From a virus: a DNA stretch of 64,000 nt. The stretch covers positions 1 through 64,000 of IMG/VR virus record IMGVR_UViG_3300029267_003762. The stretch is one strand, 5' to 3'. The first letter of the stretch is position 1. Each line of letters opens with the position of its first letter. Below the pieces are notes generated by a model, which saw only the letters and a list, made by a program, of their open reading frames with translations, ran no database searches and had not been told where the DNA came from. Made by a program: the position numbers and the translations under genes. Shown here in pieces: positions 7,815 through 18,192 of the stretch.

Positions 7815-9023
7815 ATGGGTCGCTACTTCCCCAACCGAACCACTGAGATTCTGCAGGCCAGCGTCATCAACATCGACATGGTCCAGTGGACCGTGGACGT
7901 GTACTCCAAGAAGGTGGGTCGGTGGTTCCCGAATGTGCAGGTCGGCAACATGTACTTGCACCACGCCGCCGGCGAGGGCGTCTACGCCGTGCCGGACCTG
8001 GGCGCCACGTGCATGATCTGCCTACCCACGGACCTGTCTCCGCCCTTCATCCTGTCGTACGTCGCGCCGCCCGAGGTGATCAGCGGCGACGAGGTGGACA
8101 ACCCCGACGAGGAGCTGGCCGAGGAGCTGGCCAAGGACGGCGATGCGCTGGACCAGGCCGACAGCTCCTCGAGGACGCGTCCTCTCGGCTTCACGTTCGG
8201 GTTGCGGCGTGGGCGCGCCAAGCCGGGCGACATCGTCATGCGGGGCAGGGACGGCAACTTCGTCATCCTGCACCGAGGCGGGGTGCTCCAGCTCGGCGCC
8301 AGCGAACTCGCTCAGCGCATCTATCTGCCCCTGCGCAACCTCATCATGGACATGGCCGAGCGTTACCGCATGACGACGGCTGCCGGCACCATCCGTTGGG
8401 GGATGCAGGAGCTCGACTACGAGAAGCGTGAGACCGAATGGATGCAGACGCTTCGCGTGTTCGCCGATGACGCCTACGCGGACCTTCGGATCGTTTGCGG
8501 GCACGTGAACAACCCCGTGCGCCTGCCCGAGGGGGACGACGACAAGGACATCCTCGACCAGATGCAGTTTGCCGTGAACGCCCCGGTCGTCTACGAGGTC
8601 ACGCTGCTGCCGGGGGGCAAAGACAGCGGCTTCAACGCTGAGAGCGGCGAGGTCTACAAGAAGAGCTACAACCAGATGAAGCTCCAGTGGAAGTTCGACC
8701 GTGACGGCAAGGCGTACGGAAGGTTCGATGGTGACGCGTTCCTGAGCTGTCAGAAGAACCTGTTCGTGCGCGTCAAAGGGAACCTGGACATTCAGTCCAA
8801 GGGCGTGGTCAATCTGACGGGCGACGGCAATGCGACGCTCGGGGGCAAGGGCACCACCAAGGTCAAGGGGCAGGAAGTCATCTTGGCCGATGGGGCCTTG
8901 GGCGTGGCGCGGATGGCCGACCAGGTTGCAATCGTCCTGCCCCCTAGCCTGGCGGGGCAGGCGGGGCTGCCTGTGCTGTACGGATCGATCATCACCTCGA
9001 GCGCCAAGGTCAAGGTGCCCTGA
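7815..9023 (+). CDS. probable baseplate spike / gpV-Gp138-like protein
   Basis: N-terminal OB-like region (VPDLGATCMI); C-terminal Gly-rich beta repeats; GVARMADQV...GSIITSSAKVK tip. Confidence 0.6.
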   Translation: MGRYFPNRTTEILQASVINIDMVQWTVDVYSKKVGRWFPNVQVGNMYLHHAAGEGVYAVPDLGATCMICLPTDLSPPFILSYVAPPEVISGDEVDNPDEELAEELAKDGDALDQADSSSRTRPLGFTFGLRRGRAKPGDIVMRGRDGNFVILHRGGVLQLGASELAQRIYLPLRNLIMDMAERYRMTTAAGTIRWGMQELDYEKRETEWMQTLRVFADDAYADLRIVCGHVNNPVRLPEGDDDKDILDQMQFAVNAPVVYEVTLLPGGKDSGFNAESGEVYKKSYNQMKLQWKFDRDGKAYGRFDGDAFLSCQKNLFVRVKGNLDIQSKGVVNLTGDGNATLGGKGTTKVKGQEVILADGALGVARMADQVAIVLPPSLAGQAGLPVLYGSIITSSAKVKVP

Positions 9024-9631
9024 TGTTCGACGTGCCGCTTACCGACTATCAGCTGGTTGACGTCAACGTGGGGCTGGCCGCGGCCCTGAGCGTCATCAAC
9101 CCCTTGGCCTTGTCGCTGGAGGCTTCGCTGTTCGGGGCCTTCGGCCTCGGCCCGTTGCAACTCGACTTCCAGGCCCGGCTCGACGCAGCGTTGTCGGTGA
9201 GCCTGAACTGGAACCCTTCGGCGCAGATCCAGGCGCTGGGAGAGTTGGCCGGTGCCATCAGCGCCGGGCTCGTCCTGCCGCTCCCAGCGGTCAACGCCAG
9301 TGCCGACGCTGCCGCGGACCTCCAGCTCAAGATTGGCGGCATCCAGATCCTGCTCGACGCCGGCCTTGCCCTCATTCTACCCAGCCTCGATGCGGTGGCG
9401 GCCGGACAGGCAGCGCTGAGCGCGAGTCTCGGGTACTTGGTTTGGCACGGTTCAGGCGCCCAATTGGCCGCCGAGCTGTACCCGGCTATCACGGCCAAGT
9501 ACGGTACTGCGGGAGGGGTCTACGCCCTCTGCCTGTTCTTTGACGCTGCTGCTTTCGCCACCATCAGCGGCAACATCTTCGTGGGCATCCCGGGCGTGCC
9601 AAACGCCGCCATGTTCAAGACGACCCCGTAG
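9023..9631 (+). CDS. Ala/Leu-rich virion-associated protein
   Basis: TGATG coupling to the spike gene. Confidence 0.55.
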   Translation: MFDVPLTDYQLVDVNVGLAAALSVINPLALSLEASLFGAFGLGPLQLDFQARLDAALSVSLNWNPSAQIQALGELAGAISAGLVLPLPAVNASADAAADLQLKIGGIQILLDAGLALILPSLDAVAAGQAALSASLGYLVWHGSGAQLAAELYPAITAKYGTAGGVYALCLFFDAAAFATISGNIFVGIPGVPNAAMFKTTP

Positions 9632-9695
9632 CGTATTCCGGCATCATCCCGGTCATAAGACCGTCGAAGATAGTCTCAGCTACAGGAGGAAACAG

Positions 9696-11120
9696 ATGGG
9701 AAGAGCACTGAGCGACGCCGAGCTCATCATCGGCCATTGGTATCTGGTGGGGGGCCTGAGCGGCCCCCGCTTCTACTGCGTGACCGGCATGCACGACGGC
9801 CTGGTGATGCTCGCTGACGGGCTCACCGAGGCGCAGAGTGACCGCAAGAGCTTCAAGGAGATGGCCGCGCCATTGCGGCGCTTCAGCTACCCCAACGGGA
9901 CCATCGTAGCCGTCTTCCACGAGTGCGTTCGCAAGGGCGTCGTGGTCGGCATGGGGTCCTTGCAGGGCCGGCGCATCGTGCAGCTGGTTTTGGGGGACGG
10001 CTCGTGGGCGGAGAAGGTGGAGGTCGACACGAAGTGCATCTGCGAGCTCCGAGACGTCGGGTGGGCCGAGGATAAGCAGCTCAAGCCCACGAACCACGGA
10101 GACTGGGTGGAGTACGGCAGCATGCCCGTGCTCGTGAGCAGGTTCCAAGAGGACACCTGCCAGATCCTCCGCTGTCACGTGGCGCCGGACTGGCTGGAGT
10201 TCAAGCGCGATCTGCAGCCGGTGGAGACCCGCTACCTTCGCCCGTGGCGTCTACCCAAGCGCATGATCATCGGACAGAGGGTGATGACCCCGGCGGGCAC
10301 GGGGGTGCTCGGTCAGCCCTCCGTCAACCTCAACGTGTGGGAGGTCGTCGTGGAGTCCGACCATCGTCATCTTCTCTTCACGGAGAGGATGCTCATGCCC
10401 GTCGAGATCTTCACGAGGTTGCACGAGATTCAGGGCAAGGAAGAGCTCCCCGACTACCCGCAGACCATCACCAGTCCTGGGGTGCGTCTTGCGTGCAGGA
10501 ACATGGTCGACCAGGAGCGGGGCGGCGAGTTCGGTCCTTCTCCGCTCAGCCACCTGTTCCAGTACTGGGCCGCTCGGGAGATGGCGCACGATACCGTCCT
10601 CGACTCTTTGAACATCGCCAAGGCGGCAACGCCCATGCGCAAAGAGCCCCCGTGGCCAACGTTCGAGAAGGACGCCAAGGGCATCGGACCCGGGGGCATG
10701 GTGACGCGCGACGGCAGGCCCATTGGCCGGGTGATGCTGCTGTCCTCGACGCACGACTACCTCGACATCCTCTTTTGGCGCGAAGAGTTCAAGAAGCTGG
10801 CCCAAGAGGAGGCGCACGCCCCCATCCGGTCGAAGATGGAGGGCGTGAAGGTTGACTTCTCGCGGCAGGGGGAGATGGGCGTCGCCTCTCTTCGGGATGC
10901 CGCCGCACGCTGGGCGAACTTCGATCCTACGACCGTGACCGACAAACAGCTCATCGCCGAGCTCAAGGGCGAGACCGCAAACAGAAAGAAGACCGAGCAG
11001 GAACTGCGCGGCACCATCGCTGAGCTCCACGCCGAGGTGGAGCAGCTTCGTCAGAAGCTCATGCTTCACGGCGACCGCGCGCAGACGTGGTGGGATTCCC
11101 TCACGAGAAAGAAGGAATGA
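9696..11120 (+). CDS. hypothetical protein with C-terminal coiled coil
   Basis: AGGAGG RBS before ATG 9696. Confidence 0.7.
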   Translation: MGRALSDAELIIGHWYLVGGLSGPRFYCVTGMHDGLVMLADGLTEAQSDRKSFKEMAAPLRRFSYPNGTIVAVFHECVRKGVVVGMGSLQGRRIVQLVLGDGSWAEKVEVDTKCICELRDVGWAEDKQLKPTNHGDWVEYGSMPVLVSRFQEDTCQILRCHVAPDWLEFKRDLQPVETRYLRPWRLPKRMIIGQRVMTPAGTGVLGQPSVNLNVWEVVVESDHRHLLFTERMLMPVEIFTRLHEIQGKEELPDYPQTITSPGVRLACRNMVDQERGGEFGPSPLSHLFQYWAAREMAHDTVLDSLNIAKAATPMRKEPPWPTFEKDAKGIGPGGMVTRDGRPIGRVMLLSSTHDYLDILFWREEFKKLAQEEAHAPIRSKMEGVKVDFSRQGEMGVASLRDAAARWANFDPTTVTDKQLIAELKGETANRKKTEQELRGTIAELHAEVEQLRQKLMLHGDRAQTWWDSLTRKKE

Positions 11121-11458
11121 TGGACGAAGAGCTACTGGCCCGTACGGAGGAGGCCTTGAAGAAGGTCGACCCTCTCACCGAACCGCTCTGCAGACTCATC
11201 CAAGCAAACATCGAAGGCGACACCGACACGGCAGGGGCGGCGCTCGAGGCCCTCAGCGTGGACCTCACCCCGTTCGAGATCGCCCTGCTGCTGTCCCAAG
11301 CCTCGGCAGCCATGGTCGCCATCATCAGCGTCGACACCGGCACCGGGCCCTTGGGGGTGAGCACCCTGACGCAAGTACTCAGCGTGGTCCACAGCTCGTA
11401 TGCAGAGGACATCTACAAGGGAATGGCAGGAGGTAGCCATGAAGACAGTGGAAGATAG
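11117..11458 (+). CDS. hypothetical protein
   Basis: Overlaps upstream stop; AAGGA RBS. Confidence 0.6.
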   Translation: MMDEELLARTEEALKKVDPLTEPLCRLIQANIEGDTDTAGAALEALSVDLTPFEIALLLSQASAAMVAIISVDTGTGPLGVSTLTQVLSVVHSSYAEDIYKGMAGGSHEDSGR

Positions 11459-12530
11459 GGTCGTCGCGCACCTCAACGAATGGGCGAAGCTGAATGAGAG
11501 GGACGGCATCGACGAGAATCTCGTGCGCGGTCTGACCGCGCTTGCACGGAAGCTGCTGCCTCCCGTTCTTCGGAACGAGGTAGCCTTTCTTGCGGATCTC
11601 GTGGAGAGCGTCGTCGATGCCCCCACGAACAACCCATACTTCCACCTGACCGTCATGATCTTCTCCCACTACGTGGAGAAGTGCGAGCTGCCTGAGCCCC
11701 CGGACCCGGGCGAGTCCAACGGTCCTGGCGATGAGGTTCTCGCCCACATGTGGATGCAGGGCGCCAAGGCCCTGGCCGACGCCTACCAGGGTAAGTCCGT
11801 GCTGTACCCTCGAGGCGTGTCGGCCTTCGCCCTCGATGGGTTTTTGCGTGATATCGCCGTGGAGACGGCGAAGGACAGGGGAGCCGCCACCAAGGACGCG
11901 GAGGAGGCCATCAACGCCTGGGTCATGCAGGCGCACGCCTACATGAACTTCGCCGTGGCGCTCGATGGTCTCCGCACGGCGGCTGAAGAGATGAGCGAAA
12001 AGGACCACGCAGCGAACCGCCGGAAGCTGAAGCAGAAGCTCGCGGAGGTCGACAAGGTTCGGCTCACTTACGTCATCCCGCCCAAGAAGATGCCGAAGAC
12101 AGAGGCGCAGAAGAACTTCAAGCCTCCGCCTTTCGACAGCCCTGAGCTGATCGTGCGGGACATGAACGACGCGCCCAAGAGGATGTCTTCGCTACGCCCG
12201 GCGGACTGGACGTTCGTCTACCGAATCAGGGCCCTGCTGGCCAACGCGCCGAAGCCTCGGGTCATCGTCAAGAACCGAGAGCAGAGGGGGCGCTGGGTCC
12301 CCATCGAGCTCAAGACGCGCACCGGCAAGCAGCAGTTCGTCTGCACCTACTGCGGCCGCGTGTCCATCTACCCTGACAAGGAGTGCCCGATCCCGGGCTA
12401 CGTTCGGGAGGAGCAGGAACGAGTCGACGGCAAGGCCCTCATATACTGGGGGGACTGGTTGCCGTGCCACGAACAGGAAGAAGAAGAAGGCAGGAGGGAG
12501 GCACATGGAGTACGAGATTCAGCAGGATGA
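11439..12530 (+). CDS. hypothetical protein with C-terminal zinc ribbon
   Basis: AGGAGGT RBS; FVCTYCGR...C motif. Confidence 0.65.
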   Translation: MKTVEDRVVAHLNEWAKLNERDGIDENLVRGLTALARKLLPPVLRNEVAFLADLVESVVDAPTNNPYFHLTVMIFSHYVEKCELPEPPDPGESNGPGDEVLAHMWMQGAKALADAYQGKSVLYPRGVSAFALDGFLRDIAVETAKDRGAATKDAEEAINAWVMQAHAYMNFAVALDGLRTAAEEMSEKDHAANRRKLKQKLAEVDKVRLTYVIPPKKMPKTEAQKNFKPPPFDSPELIVRDMNDAPKRMSSLRPADWTFVYRIRALLANAPKPRVIVKNREQRGRWVPIELKTRTGKQQFVCTYCGRVSIYPDKECPIPGYVREEQERVDGKALIYWGDWLPCHEQEEEEGRREAHGVRDSAG

Positions 12531-13062
12531 CGCTGCCGAGAACCCGCGGGCCGAGTTCGACCATCTCGGTACGATACTGTACACGTCGCATCGGTACCTC
12601 TTGGGTGACCGGAAGACTGAAGTGGGAGAGATTCATCAGGTGGAGCGCGACGGCAACAACATCGTTCTGCCTGTCTACGCCTACATCCACAGTGGCGTCA
12701 CACTTTCGACCAACTCGTTCGGCTGCCCGTGGGACAGCGGACAGTGCGGCATCATCTACGCGACCAAAGAGGACGCCCTCAAGTGGTTCGGCAAGGACGA
12801 GATGACGCCTGAACTCGGCAAGTTGGTGGAGGAGACACTGAAGAAGGAGGTGGAAGAGTTCAGCCTGTACCTCTCGGGTGGGGTGCTGGCGTGGGTAGTG
12901 CGGGACAGCGCCGGCGACATCCTCGAGAGCGTGGGCGGCTACTACGATCGAGAGTGTGCGGAGGCCGACGCGAAGGCGGCGTTGGAGGGCTACTTGCACA
13001 AGCGAGGCAGAAAGAACGAGATCGAGGTCACGTGCCTCGGGGAGCCGGAGGGAGCAGCATGA
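12505..13062 (+). CDS. conserved phage hypothetical protein
   Basis: LPVYAYIHSG..LST..F.CPWDSGQCG motif. Confidence 0.7.
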   Translation: MEYEIQQDDAAENPRAEFDHLGTILYTSHRYLLGDRKTEVGEIHQVERDGNNIVLPVYAYIHSGVTLSTNSFGCPWDSGQCGIIYATKEDALKWFGKDEMTPELGKLVEETLKKEVEEFSLYLSGGVLAWVVRDSAGDILESVGGYYDRECAEADAKAALEGYLHKRGRKNEIEVTCLGEPEGAA

Positions 13063-13493
13063 AGGAGAACAACAGCATGGCGTGGGCCGAAGGACAGGCC
13101 CAAGGCAGTCAACACCCTCGGGAGGACTTGGCCATCGCCTTGGCCAATCAACAGGTCCTGTCCGCCGAGAAGGGCAAGGCCCTCATTCAGCTGCAAGATG
13201 CCAAGGAGCGCATCCGCAAGCTCGAGGCCCAGCTCACGGCGCCGCGCCGTCCCTTGGCCGACTTCGTGGCCTTGATGGAGTGCCGCCTCAGAGACAACGA
13301 CCACAAGGGAGAGCAGGGTTGGAGGAGCGACCTGCCTGCGGAGCTGTACCAGCACCTGCTCAAGGAAGTCGTCGAGCTGCACGCCGCCATCCTCGATGGC
13401 CGCGGCGTCCCCAAGGAAGCGGCGGACGTCGCGAACATGGCGATGATGATCGCCGACGAGTGGAACGATGGCACCGGCTTCGGGCGAGGGTGA
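13059..13493 (+). CDS. MazG-like nucleotide pyrophosphohydrolase
   Basis: L..EV.EL..A......KEAADVANMAMMIAD (ExxE...ExxD). Confidence 0.65.
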   Translation: MKENNSMAWAEGQAQGSQHPREDLAIALANQQVLSAEKGKALIQLQDAKERIRKLEAQLTAPRRPLADFVALMECRLRDNDHKGEQGWRSDLPAELYQHLLKEVVELHAAILDGRGVPKEAADVANMAMMIADEWNDGTGFGRG

Positions 13494-13816
13494 CGGCACC
13501 GTCCTGCGTTTTCCGGCGTTCATTGGGATACGGCAGGACACCCCTGACGGCCCCATTCTCGGCACCATCGATCTCGACCTGCAGGTTGCCCATCTGCCCA
13601 AGCACGTTCAGAGGCACGTGGCTCGGGCTCTTCAGGGCAGCGGTTTGGCCATCGTGATGTCGAAGGCGGAGTACGAGGGTACCCGCACCTGAAGCCCCGG
13701 CGTTCTGTCGGGCAAGACGCGGCAGCCAGCTCGCGTCTTTCTACCCACCAACTTCCCTCCCTTCCAGGGAATAAGAGCGATGCTAGCCATCCAGTAGACA
13801 CAGAAGGGAGACCACT

Positions 13817-14194
13817 ATGACAGAGCGCAACTGGTACGAGATCGTCGAGTGCAACCAATGCCGGCAGCACAGCAACCGGGGAACGGAGATCAGCAGCGGG
13901 CATGGGTCCATCACGTTCAAGAGTGTCGAGGAAAGGGCCCCGCAGGTCCACCTGCGCCTCGACTCGGAGGACTACGACTTGTTCGTGCGGCAGGTCAGCA
14001 GCAAGAGCTGCGCTCTGCCCGCGAACATGGTCCTGAGGTTCCAGGTGCAGGAGCTGCTCTGCAAGCACGGAGATGACCCTTGGACAGTCGTCATGCGCCC
14101 GCACGACGGCGACAGGTTCGAGTTCGACGTGTCCATGGAAGAGGGCCTCATCCTCATGCGCGAGATGCTCGAGGACATGGAGGACAACTACTGA
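13817..14194 (+). CDS. hypothetical protein
   Basis: AAGGGAG RBS; CxxC. Confidence 0.6.
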   Translation: MTERNWYEIVECNQCRQHSNRGTEISSGHGSITFKSVEERAPQVHLRLDSEDYDLFVRQVSSKSCALPANMVLRFQVQELLCKHGDDPWTVVMRPHDGDRFEFDVSMEEGLILMREMLEDMEDNY

Positions 14195-14421
14195 TGCCCA
14201 TCACGTACGACGACGCCGTGCGGGCGTGCTTGGGCGACCCTGCGTTTCTCGAGGAGTACGACCGGCTGCGGGGCACCACCTTCAGCCAGCGCGGCTCCAT
14301 CAAGAACCTCATCGACCAGGCCACTGGCAAGTACGACGCGGATGCCAAGGAGCTCGCCTTCTTCATCCGCGACCACATCTGGCGCCCGGCCGTCGAGCTG
14401 GAGAGGAGAGCAGATGAGTGA
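14194..14421 (+). CDS. hypothetical protein
   Basis: TGATG coupling. Confidence 0.55.
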   Translation: MPITYDDAVRACLGDPAFLEEYDRLRGTTFSQRGSIKNLIDQATGKYDADAKELAFFIRDHIWRPAVELERRADE

Positions 14422-14707
14422 CATGAAGAAGGTAACAGAAGAACAGTTCATGACGTTGACGGGTACCGAGATGCTCGGCCACCCCGCCCTGCACGACAAC
14501 CAGGAGTTCTACGCCGGCGACAGGGCGTGGTGCATCCTCGTGCGTGACCGGGTCGACAACGACTTCGGCTTCGTCATCTTCGAGCGTACCCGGGACGGCG
14601 TCGAGCCGAGCGAGGTCGCCACGTCCATCGACGACAAGGACAAGGCGCGCGAGCTCATGCTCGAGCGCGCGGGCAAGCAGAACAAGAAGTACGAGGACCT
14701 GAACTAG
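14414..14707 (+). CDS. hypothetical protein
   Basis: GAGGAG RBS. Confidence 0.6.
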   Translation: MSDMKKVTEEQFMTLTGTEMLGHPALHDNQEFYAGDRAWCILVRDRVDNDFGFVIFERTRDGVEPSEVATSIDDKDKARELMLERAGKQNKKYEDLN

Positions 14708-14715
14708 GAGGGCCT

Positions 14716-15159
14716 ATGAAAGTCGAGTGCAAGTACATCATCTGGCAAGAGAAGACCGACCAGCTCCTGCTCATGGCCACCGGCAACAAGAGCTGGCGCG
14801 GCGTCCTGTCCTTCGAAGGCGCCACGCCGACGCGCTTCGACGGCACCAGCGAGCAGGACGTGCTCGACCGCATGAAGAGCTACGTTCGCAAGACCATCGA
14901 CGACGTGCTCGGTGGGGTCATCGAAGGCACCCTCAGGCAGGGCTCGTTCGTTCACGACCACGAGGTGGAGGAAGCGCCCCGTCTCGGTTGCACCGTGACC
15001 ATCCGGGGGATCGATGTGGACGAGGCGTACTGGGGCACGGACCTGTCGCGCAGCCACGTCCACGACAACAAGGCCCTCGTCGCCGAGCTTCGTCGTTTGG
15101 CCGACGTGCTCGATGATGACGAGGTCGGGAGCGCCGACGTCATCATCATCCGGAGGTAG
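14716..15159 (+). CDS. hypothetical protein
   Basis: AGGAGG RBS. Confidence 0.6.
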   Translation: MKVECKYIIWQEKTDQLLLMATGNKSWRGVLSFEGATPTRFDGTSEQDVLDRMKSYVRKTIDDVLGGVIEGTLRQGSFVHDHEVEEAPRLGCTVTIRGIDVDEAYWGTDLSRSHVHDNKALVAELRRLADVLDDDEVGSADVIIIRR

Positions 15160-15490
15160 CCATGGACGTCAAACAGAAGATAGCAGACCTGCGTGCCTGC
15201 GGCGCCTCGAGGAGAACGCCGCTGAGGACTACATCCGCTACCACGGCAGAGAGACGGGCGTTGCGGAGGCGTAGCCGAGGGAGATGAGGACATATGGATG
15301 GCCCTGCACCTCTTGCAAGAGCTGCACTACAAAGACTCTCTCAAGTCGCTCCCAGTTACGACACGTGTCAGGCCTTCAGGTCGTATGCGGGGCGTAGTTC
15401 AAAACAAGCCCGACGCTTTTCGGCTGATCTCCGGAGGGCTGACGCGCGGGTACCCGTATAGAGAGTGAACTGACAGTGGAGGTAGATTGA

Positions 15491-15709
15491 ATGGGTAGAA
15501 AGACACAAGAACACACGTTCTACGAGAAGTACTACGCGGCGCTCAAGGGCGCCACCATCGTGGGCACGCGGGTCGAGCTGCAAGACGGACAGTGCTGGCC
15601 TGTGATCAAGGTGAGGATGGACAACGGCGACGAGCTCGAGCTCGAGGTCTCCCGCGACTCCGAGGGCAACGGGCCGGGCTTCCTCTTCGGACTTCCGAGG
15701 CCAGCATGA
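15491..15709 (+). CDS. hypothetical protein
   Basis: GGAGGT RBS; SRD.EGNGPGFLF C-terminus. Confidence 0.65.
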   Translation: MGRKTQEHTFYEKYYAALKGATIVGTRVELQDGQCWPVIKVRMDNGDELELEVSRDSEGNGPGFLFGLPRPA

Positions 15710-15888
15710 GCAGTGAGGCGAAAGAGATCATCAAGAGCTGGCCGACCATCATGCAGACCTCAGGCGGCCTCGAGCTCAAGTACGAGGACAAGGAGAAGAT
15801 CCGCGTCTGGTACAGCGAGTACGACGACGAAGTCAGCATCGAGGTGCTCGACCCCGAGCAGAGAGGGGGTAGGTGGCTCGAGCTGTAG
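15706..15888 (+). CDS. hypothetical protein
   Basis: ATGA overlap. Confidence 0.5.
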   Translation: MSSEAKEIIKSWPTIMQTSGGLELKYEDKEKIRVWYSEYDDEVSIEVLDPEQRGGRWLEL

Positions 15889-15966
15889 GCTCAATTCTCA
15901 GCGAAAGCGGAGGTCAAGTGAGGGCCCAAGCGGCCCTCTTCACTCTCACTAGCAGATAGGTAACAG

Positions 15967-16527
15967 ATGTACAAAAAGCTAACAGTAGACAGAATGATCG
16001 AGCAGGTGAGGGCGGGACGCTATGCCTCGCACGAGTCTGTTCGCAAAGCCGTAGGGCGTTGCGATCTTGCAGAAGAAGAGAAAGAGAAAGTGCGCATGGC
16101 CAGCCTTGCCCACTTCAACCCCACCCCCCTCCAGGCGTTTCTTACTCGGCTGGAGGATGGCAAGTTTCGCAGCCACGGGAGCGCCCTAGCCGCCCTTTCC
16201 AAGATCCAGCACAAGTGCGACGCCACGGCGGAGCAGATCGCCAGTGCACGTGCTGCGGTCTACCGGTTCTATGGGAAGAAGACCTCTGCGGCTCCTGAGG
16301 TCGTGACTCCTGCGCCGGCGAAGCCCTCGCCCGGCGAGGCGAACAAGGATGCGTTGATTCAAACGCTGCTCAGGGCGCTGCTAGACAAGGAACTGCACAA
16401 CGCGCTCATCGAGGTCTACCCCCTGTACCGTCGGTACAACGGGACTACCGAGCGCGCCCTCTCCGTGCTCAGAAGCCTCGACAACGCCGGCGTCTCCCTC
16501 GATCAGCTCACGTCCCCAAAAGCGTAA
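15967..16527 (+). CDS. hypothetical protein with a two-fold internal helical repeat
   Basis: GRYASH/GKFRSH repeat; preceded by the CTCAATT motif. Confidence 0.6.
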   Translation: MYKKLTVDRMIEQVRAGRYASHESVRKAVGRCDLAEEEKEKVRMASLAHFNPTPLQAFLTRLEDGKFRSHGSALAALSKIQHKCDATAEQIASARAAVYRFYGKKTSAAPEVVTPAPAKPSPGEANKDALIQTLLRALLDKELHNALIEVYPLYRRYNGTTERALSVLRSLDNAGVSLDQLTSPKA

Positions 16528-16562
16528 GGCACGCAGCTCTGTGCACAGACGGGGCGCCGGCC

Positions 16563-17297
16563 ATGTCCCAGTCCGGTTGGTGTGACCGGATCTGGCAGCT
16601 GGTGGTCGGGTGCTCTTACGTGTCTGAGGGGTGCAAGCACTGCTACAGCGCCCGCAAGATACACAACGTCTACAGAGACCAGGAATGGGCAAAGGAGCTG
16701 ACGTGCCTGAACCGAGATGGCGTCCCAGGCTGGACCGGTAAGGTAGTGCAGCGCCCCGAGCAACTGTTCAAGCTGGATGCTTGGAGTTGCCCCAGCTACG
16801 TGCTGGTCGGGGACAGGGGTGATCTTCTTCATCCAAAAGTCCCTGACGAGTTCATAGAACGAGCGCTGATCGCCATTGAAAACAATCCCAAGAACATCTA
16901 CTTGCTGTTGACCAAGAGGTCCAAGCGCATGGCTTCTTTCTTCGGAAGGAGGAAACTGCCCGACAACTTGTGGCTTGGAGTCAGCGTAGAGAAGGCGAAG
17001 TACTTGCATCGAGCCGACGACCTGCACAGGACCGGAGCCAAGAAGAAGTTCCTGTCCCTCCAACCGCTGCTCGGTCCTGTGCCCGTGCCTGACGTCGACT
17101 GGGTCATCGTGGGTGGGCAGCAAGGCGGGCAGCAAACAGCTACCAAGCTCGAGTGGGTCGAGCAGGTGGTCGAGCAGGTCAAGGCCAAGGGCATCCCCCT
17201 GTACGTGAACTACTTGCCTGGCTACAAGAAGCTGGGGTTCACCACCCGGGACTGGCCCGAGCACCTTCAGGTGTGGGAGAGGCCGGGATCTGGGTAG
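16563..17297 (+). CDS. DUF5131 / phage Gp37-Gp68 family protein
   Basis: GC..VSEGCKHCY, DLLHP, LLTKR..RM, NLWLGVSVE, FLS..PLLGP, DWVIVGG. Confidence 0.85.
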   Translation: MSQSGWCDRIWQLVVGCSYVSEGCKHCYSARKIHNVYRDQEWAKELTCLNRDGVPGWTGKVVQRPEQLFKLDAWSCPSYVLVGDRGDLLHPKVPDEFIERALIAIENNPKNIYLLLTKRSKRMASFFGRRKLPDNLWLGVSVEKAKYLHRADDLHRTGAKKKFLSLQPLLGPVPVPDVDWVIVGGQQGGQQTATKLEWVEQVVEQVKAKGIPLYVNYLPGYKKLGFTTRDWPEHLQVWERPGSG

Positions 17298-17344
17298 GCA
17301 AGGCACCACGTCATCAAACGGTTGAAGAGGAGGTAACCGGGAGG

Positions 17345-17366
17345 GGGCGTGCAGGCGCCCTTTTCT
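17345..17366 (+). terminator. intrinsic terminator
   Basis: GGGCG-loop-CGCCC-TTTTCT. Confidence 0.55.
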
Positions 17367-17437
17367 ATCTACTCAATTACCAGTGAAAGCGGGGCACAAT
17401 AGTATTGAGAAGCATAGAACCAACAGGAGACAGTTCA

Positions 17438-17872
17438 ATGATCACACGTATCCTGACTGCAGCAGTTCGCCCCGCCTTTGAAACCCTTCGCCATGAAGAG
17501 GAGGTGCGACGTGCGCCCTGGACTCTGGTCAAGTCCTACGGGACCATTGGTCTCGTCTCGTACTTGGTGCTCAGCCACTTCTCCAACAAGGAGACGGCAG
17601 AGAAGACCACCAAGCACGCTGAGGAGTTGGCCTACTTCGACAAGCGCATCGCCAATGCCAACGAGCGCATCGCCGAGCTCGAGGACCGTCTCCACGACTA
17701 CGAGGCACTCGCCGGGGTGCTCGAGATCGAGAAGGAGAAGATTCGGCAGCGGCGCCGAGTCGAGGAGGCGCGGGCCATCGTGAGGCGTTACGAGGAGGCC
17801 AAGGCTATCGTGGTCGAGGCCGACGCGCCCAAGGGCAACGGCGCACATCAGTATGACGGCGTCGGCACGTGA
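17438..17872 (+). CDS. coiled-coil protein with one hydrophobic helix
   Basis: AGGAG RBS before ATG 17438. Confidence 0.6.
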   Translation: MITRILTAAVRPAFETLRHEEEVRRAPWTLVKSYGTIGLVSYLVLSHFSNKETAEKTTKHAEELAYFDKRIANANERIAELEDRLHDYEALAGVLEIEKEKIRQRRRVEEARAIVRRYEEAKAIVVEADAPKGNGAHQYDGVGT

Positions 17873-17949
17873 CGGACTGAGATCCCAACCCAGTGACGGG
17901 CTCCACAGCGGAGTAAACCGAACACCTGGGGCGGGTCGACAGATCATAC

Positions 17950-17971
17950 GGGGGGACCTCCCCTCTTTTTA
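17950..17971 (+). terminator. intrinsic terminator
   Basis: GGGG-loop-CCCC-TCTTTTT. Confidence 0.4.
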
Positions 17972-17985
17972 CTACTGGAGGAACC

Positions 17986-18192
17986 ATGAACAGTGACAAG
18001 ATGAAGGACCTGGCCCAGAGGCTCCGAGCCAGGTTGGAAGAAGAGCAGAGGGATGAGGATGAGGACGAGCCCGAGCCCGTGTTCGAGCTCAAGCCTACGG
18101 GCGAGCCCCCGACGCTCGACGAGCTGCTGCCGCTTGCGATGCGTGCGACCGTTGCTTCTCTGCCCAGGAGGAAAGAGAAGAAAGAGTCCTGA
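17986..18192 (+). CDS. hypothetical protein
   Basis: GGAGG RBS. Confidence 0.55.
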   Translation: MNSDKMKDLAQRLRARLEEEQRDEDEDEPEPVFELKPTGEPPTLDELLPLAMRATVASLPRRKEKKES

